Assembly (NCBI GenBank): GCA_012026655.1
Contig: JAAILG010000357.1
Span: forward strand, 1-64,000
From: Hydrolagus affinis
Taxonomy: Eukaryota
Length of the DNA: 64,000 bases
Direction: 5' to 3'
Shown here in pieces: positions 1 to 10,721 of the stretch (its first letter is position 1; every line of letters starts with the position of its first letter). The notes under the pieces are model-generated. The model searched no databases, was not told where the DNA came from, and was given only the letters and a program-made list of their open reading frames with translations. The position numbers and the translations under genes were made by a program.

Positions 1-170
1 TGACCATTGAGGACTCCACAGGATTTTTTCATAATCAACAGGAAGGGTGAGTGAATAAAACTTTTGAGGGTGTTTCGCCAAGTTAGACTTGTAATTTTTA
101 CTCTGGAATCTTATCCCCCACCCACTACCGCAGGATATTGGGCAGTCAAGCAATGATTAAGATGACGCTT

Positions 171-330
171 TCATAGAATCTTAGAAATTTACAGCGCAGA
201 AAGAAGCCATTTGGCTCATTGAGTTTGCACTGGTTCCGACAGCAATGTGTTCATTCAGTCCATCGCCCGGACTTATCCACTTCAAGTCTCTGTCCTTTAA
301 ATGCTTGTCTACATCTCTCTTGGAACCCAC
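171..330 (-). mobile_element. CR1-clade LINE 3' end fragment (diverged)
   Basis: catagaatcttagaa...acagcgcagaaagaagccatttggctc reads as the reverse complement of a CR1-type 3' tail. Confidence 0.55.
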
Positions 331-1100
331 AATGGACTCTGCCTAATTTGGTAGAAGTTTGTCTGGGATTCACCTTGGATTTACACACTAAAGTCTCATC
401 ATTCTCATCGTATTTCAGCATTAATTGCCACTAATTGGCCAGTCTCTCCCAGAGAGGTCATAAAAAGAGGTTGATGTAGACAACAGAAATGTCATTTTGA
501 CTTAGGTTGTCGAATTGGTTACATTTTAGAGTGAAGCCCAGAACTGACTTACAAAGCAAGACGGAATGCAGATTCTGTAAATTCTCTGGCATTTCAGGAC
601 AATTGGCATAGCTTTCAATGGATCTGCGCAGTCCATAAGCTTTTGGTAATGTTAATGTGACAAGGGAGCACTTTTTTCTCTCTGCGGTTTCAAGTACAGC
701 GTTTTGAAAAGATCACATTGGCAACGGAAAGACTAATTTATGCATTCAACGGGATCCATCCCGCCGGGGATTGCTGACACCAACTATCGTCTCATTAACC
801 GGTTTACAATGGGAAACGGCAGCATAATGAAACGGTGACTAGCAAGTGCCAGCTATCTGATAACCAGAGCAATGCAGCTGCAAACCCCTTTCACATTCAA
901 GCTAAGTATGAATTGCCTTATCATTATCTGCAGAAATACATTAACATGTCACCACTCAGCTGCGATCGTTCTGTTAATCCTTTAATCCATTCGCTTCATA
1001 TTTTGCGGCATTTGTACAGTAAATCAGCCTGTTCCTTTTTTACCCGAACTGTTCCGATGTAACTTTTACCCCATGTCTCCGCAATCACTTCCCAAGTTTA

Positions 1101-1405
1101 ATAATAATAACTCTTGATTTTATTGCAGCAGCTTATCACAGCTTTGAGATATCTCAAACGCTTCAAGGAACATAAAGTACTGTAAAGTGAATTGACTGTG
1201 TATTTTTGTTGGCAATGCGCGGCAGCCAATTGCGCACAGTAGCGTCCAACAAACAGTCATGGATTTAGTGACCAAATTATTATTTTATTTTTTGAAGGAA
1301 TTATTACCCCTAGAAAAGCAATTTCCCAATCAACCAGGTTCCTATCTGCTGTTAAGGATACAGAGGCGTGTGGAGTAAGGAAACTTGTTTAAGATTTCGC
1401 CTTAC
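1101..1405 (-). mobile_element. tRNA/Deu/L2-tail SINE, long variant, head missing
   Basis: (AAT)n tail, gtaaagtgaattgactg, gcggcagccaattgcgcacag, and the long-variant segment ccaggttcctatctgctg..acagaggcgtgtggagtaaggaaactt. Confidence 0.85.
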
Positions 1406-1624
1406 CCAGGAGTTCATGCAGCACAGCAGTATAGCATGAATGATAATGTATAAGAAACAGGTCAATTAATGTGTACCCAATTCATTTGTTTCAAGGGAAC
1501 ATTTGCACAAGTTCTATCCATACCTGTTGTGTCTTTGATTTCAGCCTTTTATAAATGGAATTGGAAAACAGAGTCCTAGCACAGGGAAATGTAGCTCCTC
1601 TATTCTGCAATTCTGTAGTGTAAA

Positions 1625-1870
1625 TAAATAGTAACAATCCTTACATTTGGTTCAGCAGCTCTGACATCGGGAGGATGTCTCAAAGTGCTTCACCGTATAC
1701 ACTGTGTATCTTGCAGGCCAACGCAGCAGCTAATTTGCACACAGCAACACCCCACAAACAGTCATGAAGTGAATGAACAATTTCATTTGGAGAATTTGTT
1801 GGCCAGGATACTGGGAGAAATTGCTTTTCTCTTTTGGAACAGCCCCACGGGATCTTTAATATCCACCTCA
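1625..1870 (-). mobile_element. older DeuSINE fragment
   Basis: gcagctaatttgcacacagcaacacccacaaacag and ttggccaggatactgggagaaa...gggatctttaatatccacc match the Deu domain of the AmnSINE1/SacSINE1 type in reverse. Confidence 0.75.
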
Positions 1871-1924
1871 GTCTAATTCAGCTTCTTCCAGACCTCAGAA
1901 AGGTACCCTCTGAGATAATACTTT

Positions 1925-2200
1925 CAAAGGCTGAACAGCCCCAATTTATCTAGTTGTTCATGGCCCCAACACTACGGATTGCTCTTGTTTGTCTTCTCTT
2001 TATCCCGCCTTAGCTTCGGGTATTCCCCTCGTGTAACGCCGACCAGAATAGCTCACAATACTACAGTGATGGCCTGACCACAACACTGCACATGATGAAC
2101 ACATCCACTCACAGACGCTTTCATTCCTGAACTCCTCGTATTCAATTATTTTAATATAAAAAGCTGGGAAAGCAAGCAACTGGTAATGATACCCTCGATG
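1925..2200 (-). mobile_element. old CR1/L3 LINE ORF2 fragment
   Basis: ccagaatagctcacaatactacagtgatggcctgacca resembles the CR1 LEYCVQFW-coding region in reverse; highly decayed. Confidence 0.45.
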
Positions 2201-2667
2201 ATATGAAACCTTAAGACTGCTCCGGGGCTCAGCACACTGGAGAGGACGCAAGCGGAACGGCAGACCAAACACAGCGATATTTTTGTTTACTTGACGCAAG
2301 ATTCCTGCCATTAATGTAATGGACTTGCCTGAGGACCAACAAAAGATTTCATTCTGATTCGCACCATGAATCAGTTACCGATGGCAGTCAGACCCCCAGG
2401 GGAGCGAGTGTTTGAAGCGAGCAAACACTGCGACTGGTAGAACAAAGTCAAGCTGCATAGGATCTGCTCCAATGTTAACGTGAGCTTCCAGCCTAACCTG
2501 TGCAAGCCAAGGCCTTCAGCCCTACAAGAGGTGACTCTGGGGGAAATGGTTTCAGGAAGAAGTTGGAAGTAAATGAGCTCTGTGTCGCCTGGTGATTCAG
2601 CTGCAGAAAGAGTTTTTGAACCGTGCTAGAGATTCTGAATGACAACGTGACCTGACTCTCATTAAAC

Positions 2668-2757
2668 CTATGTGTGCGGATGTGACTGAGCGGTGAGTGT
2701 ATGAGTGTGCGCGTGTGTGTGTGTGTGTGTGCGTTGATGCATCTGTCTGTGCGTGCG
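2668..2757. repeat. imperfect (TG)n microsatellite
   Basis: gtgtgtgtgtgtgtgtgtg core with degenerate flanks. Confidence 0.85.
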
Positions 2758-3062
2758 CTTGGCTTTCCTCCCCACCGCCTTTCTCTTGTATGTGCAGATT
2801 CAGGGACCTCAAATGCTGAACTCTACAGAAAATACAGTTGTTGCATTTGAGATTTTATCCTCCGGATTTCAAACGTGGCATACAAATCTCAGCGATGCTT
2901 TTGAAGGAAGCATAAACTAGTTCATGAAAAAATGTTTTTGACCTCACTGGAAGCAAAGACTGTAAGCGATGCTGCACTGTATATGCCCTTAGTACTTTCT
3001 CCAAGCTATAGTTAGAATCTATGGCAAACCTCATCCATGCTGTTAATGCTATGATGCCTGTT

Positions 3063-3407
3063 ATAATAACAATAACAATAATAATAATGATCATAATCCT
3101 TGCATTTGATGTAGCATTTTTCATGTCTTCTGGACATCTCAAAGAGCTTTGCAGAATATACTGTAAAGTGAATTGACTGCGTATATGTGTGCAAAACACA
3201 GCAAGCAATTGTGCACAACAGTGTCCCACAAACAGTCATGGATTGAAATGACCAATTTGTTTTATTATTGTCTTTTTTTTTCGAGGCATTATTATCAAGC
3301 ATGTGGAGTAAGGAAACATGCCCAAGGTTTCGCCCTGCCTGGAATCGAACCCATATGTCTCTCGCTTGTAAGACGAGTGCTCTAACCATTGAGCTACAGG
3401 ACTCCAC
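3063..3407 (-). mobile_element. full-length tRNA/Deu/L2-tail SINE, short variant
   Basis: Reverse strand reads GTGGAGTCCTGTAGCTCAATGGTTAGAGC (Pol III A box), GGTTCGATTCC (B box), Deu 3' half, L2 tail and (ATT)n. Confidence 0.95.
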
Positions 3408-3644
3408 GAGTATATATACTGTATATATATATATTCCTCATATTATTTGGTGGCAAGAAGTAATTATACTTGATATGTCACTGCATTGCATGTGTGTTTC
3501 GAAAGGAAAACTGAAGACAAGTTACTAAGTGAGCATCTCAGCATCAGGGTGTTGTTGACACTCATGAACGGGCACAATTCCATGGCTCAAAAAAGAGAAG
3601 ACTTTTGAGGCGATTAAAATCAATTTTTCCCCCAAACATATTAT

Positions 3645-3750
3645 TTTGCCCACAAAATATAGTCAATTAATTTAACAGTATTTTTCTGTGAAGCGCATTG
3701 AGACGTCTCGAAGGCGCTATATGAAATGCGAGGATTATTATTATGATTAT
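3645..3750 (+). mobile_element. SINE 3' fragment
   Basis: gcccacaaaatatagtcaatt...gtgaagcgcattgagacgtctcg..gattattattat. Confidence 0.8.
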
Positions 3751-4654
3751 AATTAGTTTTGCACGGCAAAAAAAAATGCTGCGATTTCCATGAAGAGCTT
3801 AAAGGTTAGGATGTTTTGAATTCGACACGCCAAACAAGGGTGCGACAGGCATGGAAATAGTTTCCGTCTTCATTAAAATTCAATTTTACATTGTCCTCTG
3901 TGATTTCGTTTATTTTCGTCTCAGGGAACAGTGTTGTAAGCTGCTTGCCAACGACCATATGGAGTCTATTGCAAAGCTGCAACAACAAAAAAATCCTAAA
4001 CCTTACTGTGACCAGATGGTTGTGACTATTTGTTATTTCCATTTAAGAGGAATCGCCTTGGCCATTTCTAGCTGACTAATTGTTGTGGACACTTGAGAAG
4101 TTTCCCCTGACAATTAGCACTATTTTTGAGCACTTAGTTAATAAGGTCAGAGTGGCTGCAGAGGAGTATAAGTCAGCGATGACACTCATCAAATAGATGT
4201 GACATTAATTGGGAAAGGGTTGGGAAACAAGCCGTTAATAACGCACTGCGCTTCAGTGCTGAACGTTGACAGCTGTTTCTGTGCAATGCAATGCTCCCGA
4301 ACGCAGCTTATCAGAGCGGAACAAGTGGCGTGACAATCAATTGACCGCTTTAGTGTCCAAATCCATCTTGGAACCCTCACTGCCCCTCGACTCTGCACGG
4401 CCCCAGTGTCCATTATCTGGTCAACCATTCCTCAGTGAGTGAAGGAGCAACAATCCCTCAGACAGGCTGACCAATTTGCACTCATCGTAAGTGTGTGTTG
4501 AAGTAAAATGACAAAGAGTTCGGAAACATTCATCTGAAATGTTCTTTGCTGTTGATCAGTGCAAGAGGAGCGGGATTGCTGCAGAGGGCAAGGCCTCAAT
4601 GAATTGTGTGAAGCTGCTGATGCCTCTGGTTGATGTTTCACTAAACATCACAAG

Positions 4655-4962
4655 GTGGAGTCCTGTAGCTCAGTGGTTAGAGAACTCACATGAGACCTGT
4701 GTTTCAAATCCAGACAGTTCAGGGCAAAACCTTGGGCAAGTTTCACACACCTAATAATAATCCATCCCCAAAAACCTATAATAAATTGGCCATTTCAATC
4801 CACGATAGTTTGTGGGGCACTGCTGTGCACAATTGGCTGCCGCCTTTCACCCACAAATATACAGTCAATTCACTTTACAGTATATTCTGTGAAGCACTTT
4901 GAGATGTCTAGAAGACATGAAAAGTGCTATATCAAAAATGCAAGGATTATTATGTTATTATT
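4655..4962 (+). mobile_element. full-length tRNA/Deu/L2-tail SINE, short variant
   Basis: gtggagtcctgtagctcagtggttagag head, ccttgggcaagttt, tttgtggggcactgctgtgcacaattggctgcc, tail tgcaaggattattat. Confidence 0.95.
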
Positions 4963-5264
4963 AAATCCCCAAACGTGGAGAGCATATGAGATTAAGAGAT
5001 TATTTACCAGAATTACAGCACTCAACTGGTTTCACTCTTTTTTGAAACTCATCAGCTGTAGGTAATGTCCCAAAAAGACACAAGATTAACTTTGGTTTCC
5101 ACTACGTAACTTCAACATCTGTACGGCACCTGAAGTGTGTTCCATTCCTGAAAGGTCAATGAAACCTGGGACACTTTTGGGAGCCTGGTGGGTCCTGATG
5201 CACAGTCAGAAATCCTCCTTCCCGGAATTGCTGATTAGATTCCAATTTATGTTAGCTGTCAGTC

Positions 5265-5670
5265 TAGTTCAACACTGAGTCAAACCTTTGTAGTTTCAAG
5301 CTCTGAATTGGAATTCACCCATTCTATGATGATGGTCCAGTGCTGTGCTGGGGGCATAATTGGATTGTTCCACGTATCATCCCTTAAAGCAAAGTCCTAT
5401 CTGCCTGTTGGATGTTAAAGATCCCACAGCACTACTCGAAAATAGAAAGGAGTTTCTCCCAGTGTCCCAGTGGACAGTACCTCAGATAAAATTGGACAGT
5501 CAATTCGTGACTGTTTGTTTGACTCCCTTGTGTGTGAATTGGCTGCTGTACTGTCTATACAATACACAGTCACTACATTTTGCAGTAAATCCTGTGAAGA
5601 TATTTGAGACACCTTCTTTGTGTTATGGTGCTATAACAAACACAAGAATTATAATTATTGCTATTATTAG
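5265..5670 (+). mobile_element. older DeuSINE
   Basis: gatgttaaagatcccacagcactactcgaa..gggagtttctcccagtgtcc..tgtgtgaattggctgc followed by an L2-type tail. Confidence 0.75.
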
Positions 5671-6847
5671 TATACAGAATTTCAATTGAGGACATAGGAT
5701 GGGTCAGTAAAGTACATGGCATCTGGGCTTTGTACATTTAAGGAGTAATTCTGAGGGTGGGGTGAATGGTTAGTCATTTTGGATGCTCAGTGGCTCATGA
5801 CCAACTAAGCCATCTATTACCCGTTATGGCCTTACATGGATCCCGGTCACCAACACTCTACGAGAGGCAAGGCAGAGCTTCAGCGCTAATTGGAAGATTT
5901 TTATTGGTTGCGATTTATTCATGGCTGAACAGCGATCTGATTTGACCTCTGTAGTTTCCCACTGTGTCAAGCTACCGACGGTTTTCAATTTCATGGCTTG
6001 CAGCTCGATAGCGTGACGGCTATTTGTGAAGCCAGGGAACGTTCCCAGAACTAAAATCAAGGAGCCAACACAGCCCGGTCATTTATTGGACTGGGTTGGA
6101 TTGACGTGGCAGGAAGGAACCCGCTGCTTAGCTTCGCTATTCCAAAGCATTGTAATCTCTCCCACCAAAATGAAGTACCAGCAATGTGAAAGCTATTTGG
6201 GCGCATTCCAATTCCAAATGCAGTTAACTGTGATTATCTCACTTGTCACAATAGACATTTTACCGATTCAATTCATTTCACGGTCTTATAATAATCCCTG
6301 CACCTGATACACATCCCATTCACGTCGGGAGGGTGTCCCAAGAGCGCTACAAAAATTAGTGAAGGTGTATTTTGTAGGTGGATGCGACAGCCATTTCTTA
6401 ATGGGTGGGTGAGTGGGTGGGTGGGGGTGGTGTGGAGAGAGGGTGATAAAGACACCGTGATTTATTTGAAGGGCTTCTTCAACAGCCCTGTTCTTGCTGC
6501 GGGGAATATCCTGTGCTAAGTAAGTAAGTAAGTTGTTCAAAGACAGCGGTAACCAAGGAAACGGGGGAAGAGTGTCAGTTGGTTTGCCGGAGGTTGGTAT
6601 TTTAGGACCAGAGAGACAAACGACTTGGAGCGCTTCTTCAGATATCACGTGAAAAGGTGCCGTGGGATCAAATGTTTGTACAGGGACACCCAGTCTGGAA
6701 TTATAATAAGCAGCAACTGATCCAGCACCCCGCTCGTTGAATGGTCCCAAATACTTCACGATGGGTTTTGGCGAGCAGGGATTCTTCCACAATTTTCCCA
6801 AAAGAATTTCACAGAATGATGCAGCACGGGAACAGACTTTTCGGACG

Positions 6848-7222
6848 ACAACAACAACCTGCATTTATATAGCGCCCTCCACTCCAGGCGGCGTCACAGA
6901 GCGCTTCATTTATAAAGGGATTAAGGGGTATGGGGATAAGGCAGGTAGCTGGAGTTAGAGTAGAATATCAGCCATGATCGAATGGCGGGGCAGGCTCGAT
7001 GGGCCGAAAGGCCTACTTCTGCTCCTATTTCTTACGTTCTTATGTCGAGCCCGAGCCTGAGCCAGGGGGAGAGGAAGGTGACTGAAAGCAGAGTCAAAGA
7101 GAAATGTCTTCGGGCACGACCTGAAGATGGGAAGAGAGGAGGGAGACGAAGGGATTGAGGGAGGGTGTTCCAAAGTTTCGGAGCATAGTGGCTGAAAGCA
7201 CGGCCGTCAGTGGTGGAGAGGA
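6848..7222 (-). mobile_element. L2 LINE 3' end interrupted by a CR1 tail
   Basis: Minus strand encodes LSTTDGRAFSHYAPKLWNTLPQSLR (L2 ORF2 C-terminus); the stem-loop tail and (AAC)n lie at 6848-6908. Confidence 0.85.
6915..7045 (+). mobile_element. CR1-clade LINE 3' tail (shark HER1/HE1-like)
   Basis: atcagccatgatcgaatggcggggcaggctcgatgggccgaaaggcctacttctgctcctatttcttacgttcttatg; a near-identical copy lies at 30295-30427. Confidence 0.85.
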
Positions 7223-7535
7223 GACGTCTCAAAGCGCTTCAGAGTATCCCATAAAGTATATTGATTTGATGTTGATATGAGGAATGAATCTCTGCATTTA
7301 TGTTATTCAAATTATTTCAGAAGAGCTGAACACAGTGAGAAGCATCCCAACAAATTTCATCAATGCTCATCTGCCTGCCTTTGTCTTGGACATGCTACCA
7401 GGCTGACGCTCACTCAAAGAGCAAAGTGCATGTTTGCCCTGACTCAAGTAAGCCTGCAAAAACATTGAGCTCTTTACAGTTATTCGTATGCAGGTTTATA
7501 CCGCAAGTGCAAGTGTTAGAGCACTACAAGAACAC

Positions 7536-7810
7536 TATAATAAAATCCTTGCATTTGATATTGCGCTTCATCCCATCGTTGAGCTTTTCTTCAAAGCACT
7601 CCACAAAATATACAGTCAATTCACTTTGCAATATACAGTTTTCTTTGAAGCAATTTGGGATGTCTCGAAGAAATGATAAGGTGCTATATCAAACACAAGG
7701 ATTATTATTATAATTGACTGCATATTTTGTGGGCGAAATGTAGCAGCCAATTGCGCTCAGCACTCAATTCACAACGAGTCGTGGATTGAGTGACCAAATT
7801 ATTATTCTTT
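7536..7810. mobile_element. plus-strand SINE 3' fragment (about 7601-7711) nested in a minus-strand SINE
   Basis: Minus tail aatccttgcatttgata, then plus ccacaaaatatacagtcaattcac...ggattattatta, then minus attgactgcatattttgtgggcg resumes. Confidence 0.8.
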
Positions 7811-8334
7811 TATGTGTTTATTTCAAACTGCCTGCTTGGGTTGCTCATTCCTCGAACAGCCATCACTCTGATCGACGGACTGAAATTGATTGGGCTATGA
7901 GCATTGGCAGACAAAAAGAAAACAGCGAAATACCTAATTACCCAGTCCTATTCATGTATATCGGGCGGCAAGCTAATGAAATGTAAATGAAGGTGGAAAT
8001 ATGCAATATTCTGTTTCATTTATCGAGAAAGATCAAAGCCCGGAATGGCTCGCACAGTTTTGTAACATGTGATACACACTGAAAAATATTTGGAGTTAAT
8101 GCGAAATGGAACCTGGCAAAATCGGGAACCAGTCAAAACTGTCATTTGATATTTGATAGAGAATTGAAGGAGTCAACGACCATTTCTTCTGCCATTGCAA
8201 TACCTCAGCAAGAAACAACTTCCCATTAAACTCGACCTGATAGATCCATAAATTTGCTTCCCCCCCTCCCTCCCCCTCTCCTCCCCGCTCCGCACCCGAC
8301 ACAGTACCTCTAACAATACATCGCTAACCCTAAC

Positions 8335-8425
8335 ATCGCACTGGAGTGTCAGCCTGGACTATGAGCCTAAAGTCAAGAAATTGGGGACTTGAACCCACAA
8401 CTTTCGGACTCAGGGGCGAGAGACA
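8335..8425 (-). mobile_element. older DeuSINE 5' part (tRNA-like head)
   Basis: gcactggagtgtcagcct...ggacttgaacccacaactttcggactcag. Confidence 0.7.
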
Positions 8426-8863
8426 GAGCCAGTCTGTCGCACAGAAGAGGGAGAGAAACGACCAAGTGCCGATGTGGATGCAGTTTGCGGATTTATTTGT
8501 GGCACACGCTGCAGACCCGAGTATTAACGACACACAAGTTCCTCCTGTGGCACAGAGGCTGGAAAATGATGCTGTTTGAACCTAGCAGGGATCCCAAAGA
8601 CACCCCAAGCACACGGTGGAATCTATTTTAGGTCAATCGTATCTCCCGCTTTGTGACACTGCGTACCAGGCATGACCAATGAGACGGATACTAAAATACT
8701 AGTTTTGCTTCTCTGCTGATCACCAGTTCACATCTGTGCAATATAACAGCCAAATCATTGCTAGTGGGCTGGCGGGGTGGGGGGGAGGGGGTGTGTGGCA
8801 CTGCTTCAGAAAGACGTTTTCGGTCGGTTGCACAAAAGCCAAAAGAAGCCCATTTACACTTAC

Positions 8864-9011
8864 CTGCCGAGTTGCCTGACTCCTCGCCAGCGTTTGTCTC
8901 CTGCTGCCGATGGAGCGTTCACGCTGTCGGAACCCGCCGGGGAATTGTGGTTCCCACAGCAACCCGAGCCGATCACCAGGGCAGAGCTTGGCGTCCAGCG
9001 AGGCCAGAGGA
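8864..9011 (-). other. candidate spliced exon (148 bp), gene unknown
   Basis: Minus strand: TTGAC branch-like site, gtactgtttactctgcAG acceptor, CAG|GTAAGT donor, CpG-rich interior, two of three frames open; peptide not recognised. Confidence 0.45.
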
Positions 9012-9084
9012 CTGCAGAGTAAACAGTACAATGTGTGTCAATAGCCAGGCTCTCCAACAACCTGACAACTGAACATCAGCCGGA

Positions 9085-9560
9085 AGCACTTTCGGTTCTG
9101 AGTCGGAAGGTTACATACATATAACGCTCACAAATATACAGTCAATTACTTTACAGTATATTCTGTGAAGCGCCTTGAGACGTGGATAGGATGTGAAAAG
9201 CGCTACATCAAATGCAAGGATTATTATAATATATTATATATCCCATTACATAGTCAAGGCTGACGCTCCAATAGAGTACTGGAAGTGCTCTGCATTGTTG
9301 GAGATGATGTCCTACAGTTTCGATGTTAATCCGAGGTCTCTGCTTGTTCAGATGGACTTTACAGGTCCCATAGTGCAATTCGAGAAGAGAGTTTCTGTCT
9401 CCCGATGTCCTAGCCGACAATCCCCCCAAATCAAATCAATCATTCGCTTCATGGCTGTTTATGTGCAAATTGGCTACCGCTTTTGCTTATAAATACTGTA
9501 CACAATCCACTGCACTTTACAGTAAAATGCTGCCAAGCACTTTGAGATGCCTTGAAGATA
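9085..9560 (+). mobile_element. older DeuSINE with a younger SINE 3' fragment (about 9128-9240) inserted after its head
   Basis: Head gcactttcggttctgagtcggaaggtt, young-SINE tail, then aggctgacgctccaatagagtactg..gatgttaatccgagg..gtgcaaattggctaccgc. Confidence 0.75.
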
Positions 9561-9561
9561 G

Positions 9562-9680
9562 TAATAATAATAAAAATAATCCCTGCATTTAATATAGCGC
9601 CTTATCACGTCTTTGAGAAGTCTCAAAGCATTTCACAGAATATACTGCACACTGAGTTGACTATATTTTGTGGGTGAAAG
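9562..9680 (-). mobile_element. SINE 3' fragment
   Basis: (AAT)n ccctgcatttaatatagcgccttatcacgtc..cacagaatatactg. Confidence 0.8.
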
Positions 9681-9750
9681 ATGTGATAAGATGCTATGTT
9701 AAATGTAACAATTATTATTGATTAAAATGATAACAAGTAGTTTAGACTCC

Positions 9751-9823
9751 AACAACAACAACAACAACAACTTTGATTTATATAGCGCCCTCCACGCCGG
9801 ACGGTGCCTCAGAGCGCTTAAAC
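9751..9823 (-). mobile_element. tail-only L2 insertion with 8-bp TSD
   Basis: (AAC)7 plus tttatatagcgccctccacgccggacggtgcctcagagcgctt, flanked by tagactcc at 9743-9750 and 9824-9831. Confidence 0.85.
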
Positions 9824-10487
9824 TAGACTCCCTAACTAGTGAAGCTCTCGTGTTGGCTCCCTGTAGAATTGGCTCTACAGGGAGCTCCCTGTAGAATTGC
9901 AAGATGTTATTGATACATAACCCGAGCACTGTCCATTCTCAGCAATGCAACGTACTTGGTGACGTGCTCTGCAGATAAATGACTTTTAATTAAAAAAAAG
10001 TTGACAACTCAAATAGATCTATATTGTTGACAATCGATGGTGATTTTTTTTTGAACACACCAGAAATGGATTACTAAAGATGAATAAGTCGTTGACAATT
10101 ACGTTTTCCTGCATAATTCATCACTGAAAGAAGGTAACAAACACGAGAAAGCAAAGTCAGTGTTAACCTGTAGCCTTTTTTTTTGTGCTTTAACAGTAAT
10201 TGATGTCCGATGCAAATCGATCAGGAGGGGTCCGATGCTAGTGCTAAGCAAAGGTTTGGCTCCATCATTAACACAGGTGATCTTTTCGTTATGTCTTTAT
10301 AATTGGATTTTGCGTGGTCAAGATCGATGGACCCTTTATACTATTCATTTTGGAGCATCATCTGCAGATTACCACGTGATGTTGGCAGCTCAATCGCTGA
10401 GAAGCTGCGTTATTCCAATATTTTGAGGTGGGTTTCTGACCACAATCAGTCCTAGGGGCCATACCGGTTTTCTATTTATTTGAAGAT

Positions 10488-10613
10488 TCAATAATAAAAA
10501 TAATGATAATAGTACTTGAATTTGATATAGCGACTTATCCATGTCTTCGAGACATCTCAAAGCGCTTCACAGAATATACTGTACAGTGAATTGACTGCAC
10601 ATTTTGTGGGTGA
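10488..10613 (-). mobile_element. SINE 3' fragment
   Basis: tttgatatagcg..gacatctcaaagcgcttcacagaatatactgtacagtgaattgactg. Confidence 0.85.
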
Positions 10614-10721
10614 AAAAAAAATACAGATTTACTTAAGACAGGTTGGCTTCATGAAATCCCACATTAAATTTTCATTGCAGAGCAGAAGAATACGCAAAAT
10701 GTGAGATCACTTAACTTTGTG

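Noticed and set aside
3012-3528. Recurrent ORF peptides such as VCGTLLC, FVGHCCAQLAA and YTVNSLYSIFCEAL across the ORF track
   Set aside because: They are translations of the same SINE in different frames and strands, not a protein family.
4890-4930. Apparent compensatory changes in the SINE tail stem (atgtct/agacat; acatct/agatgt at about 58305)
   Set aside because: All changes are CpG transitions and non-compensated copies exist (for example near 39322), so random CpG decay explains them.
6286-6864. 192-aa minus-strand ORF
   Set aside because: It begins in an L2 (GTT)n tail, crosses G/C-run low complexity and repeat remnants, and shows no recognisable domain.
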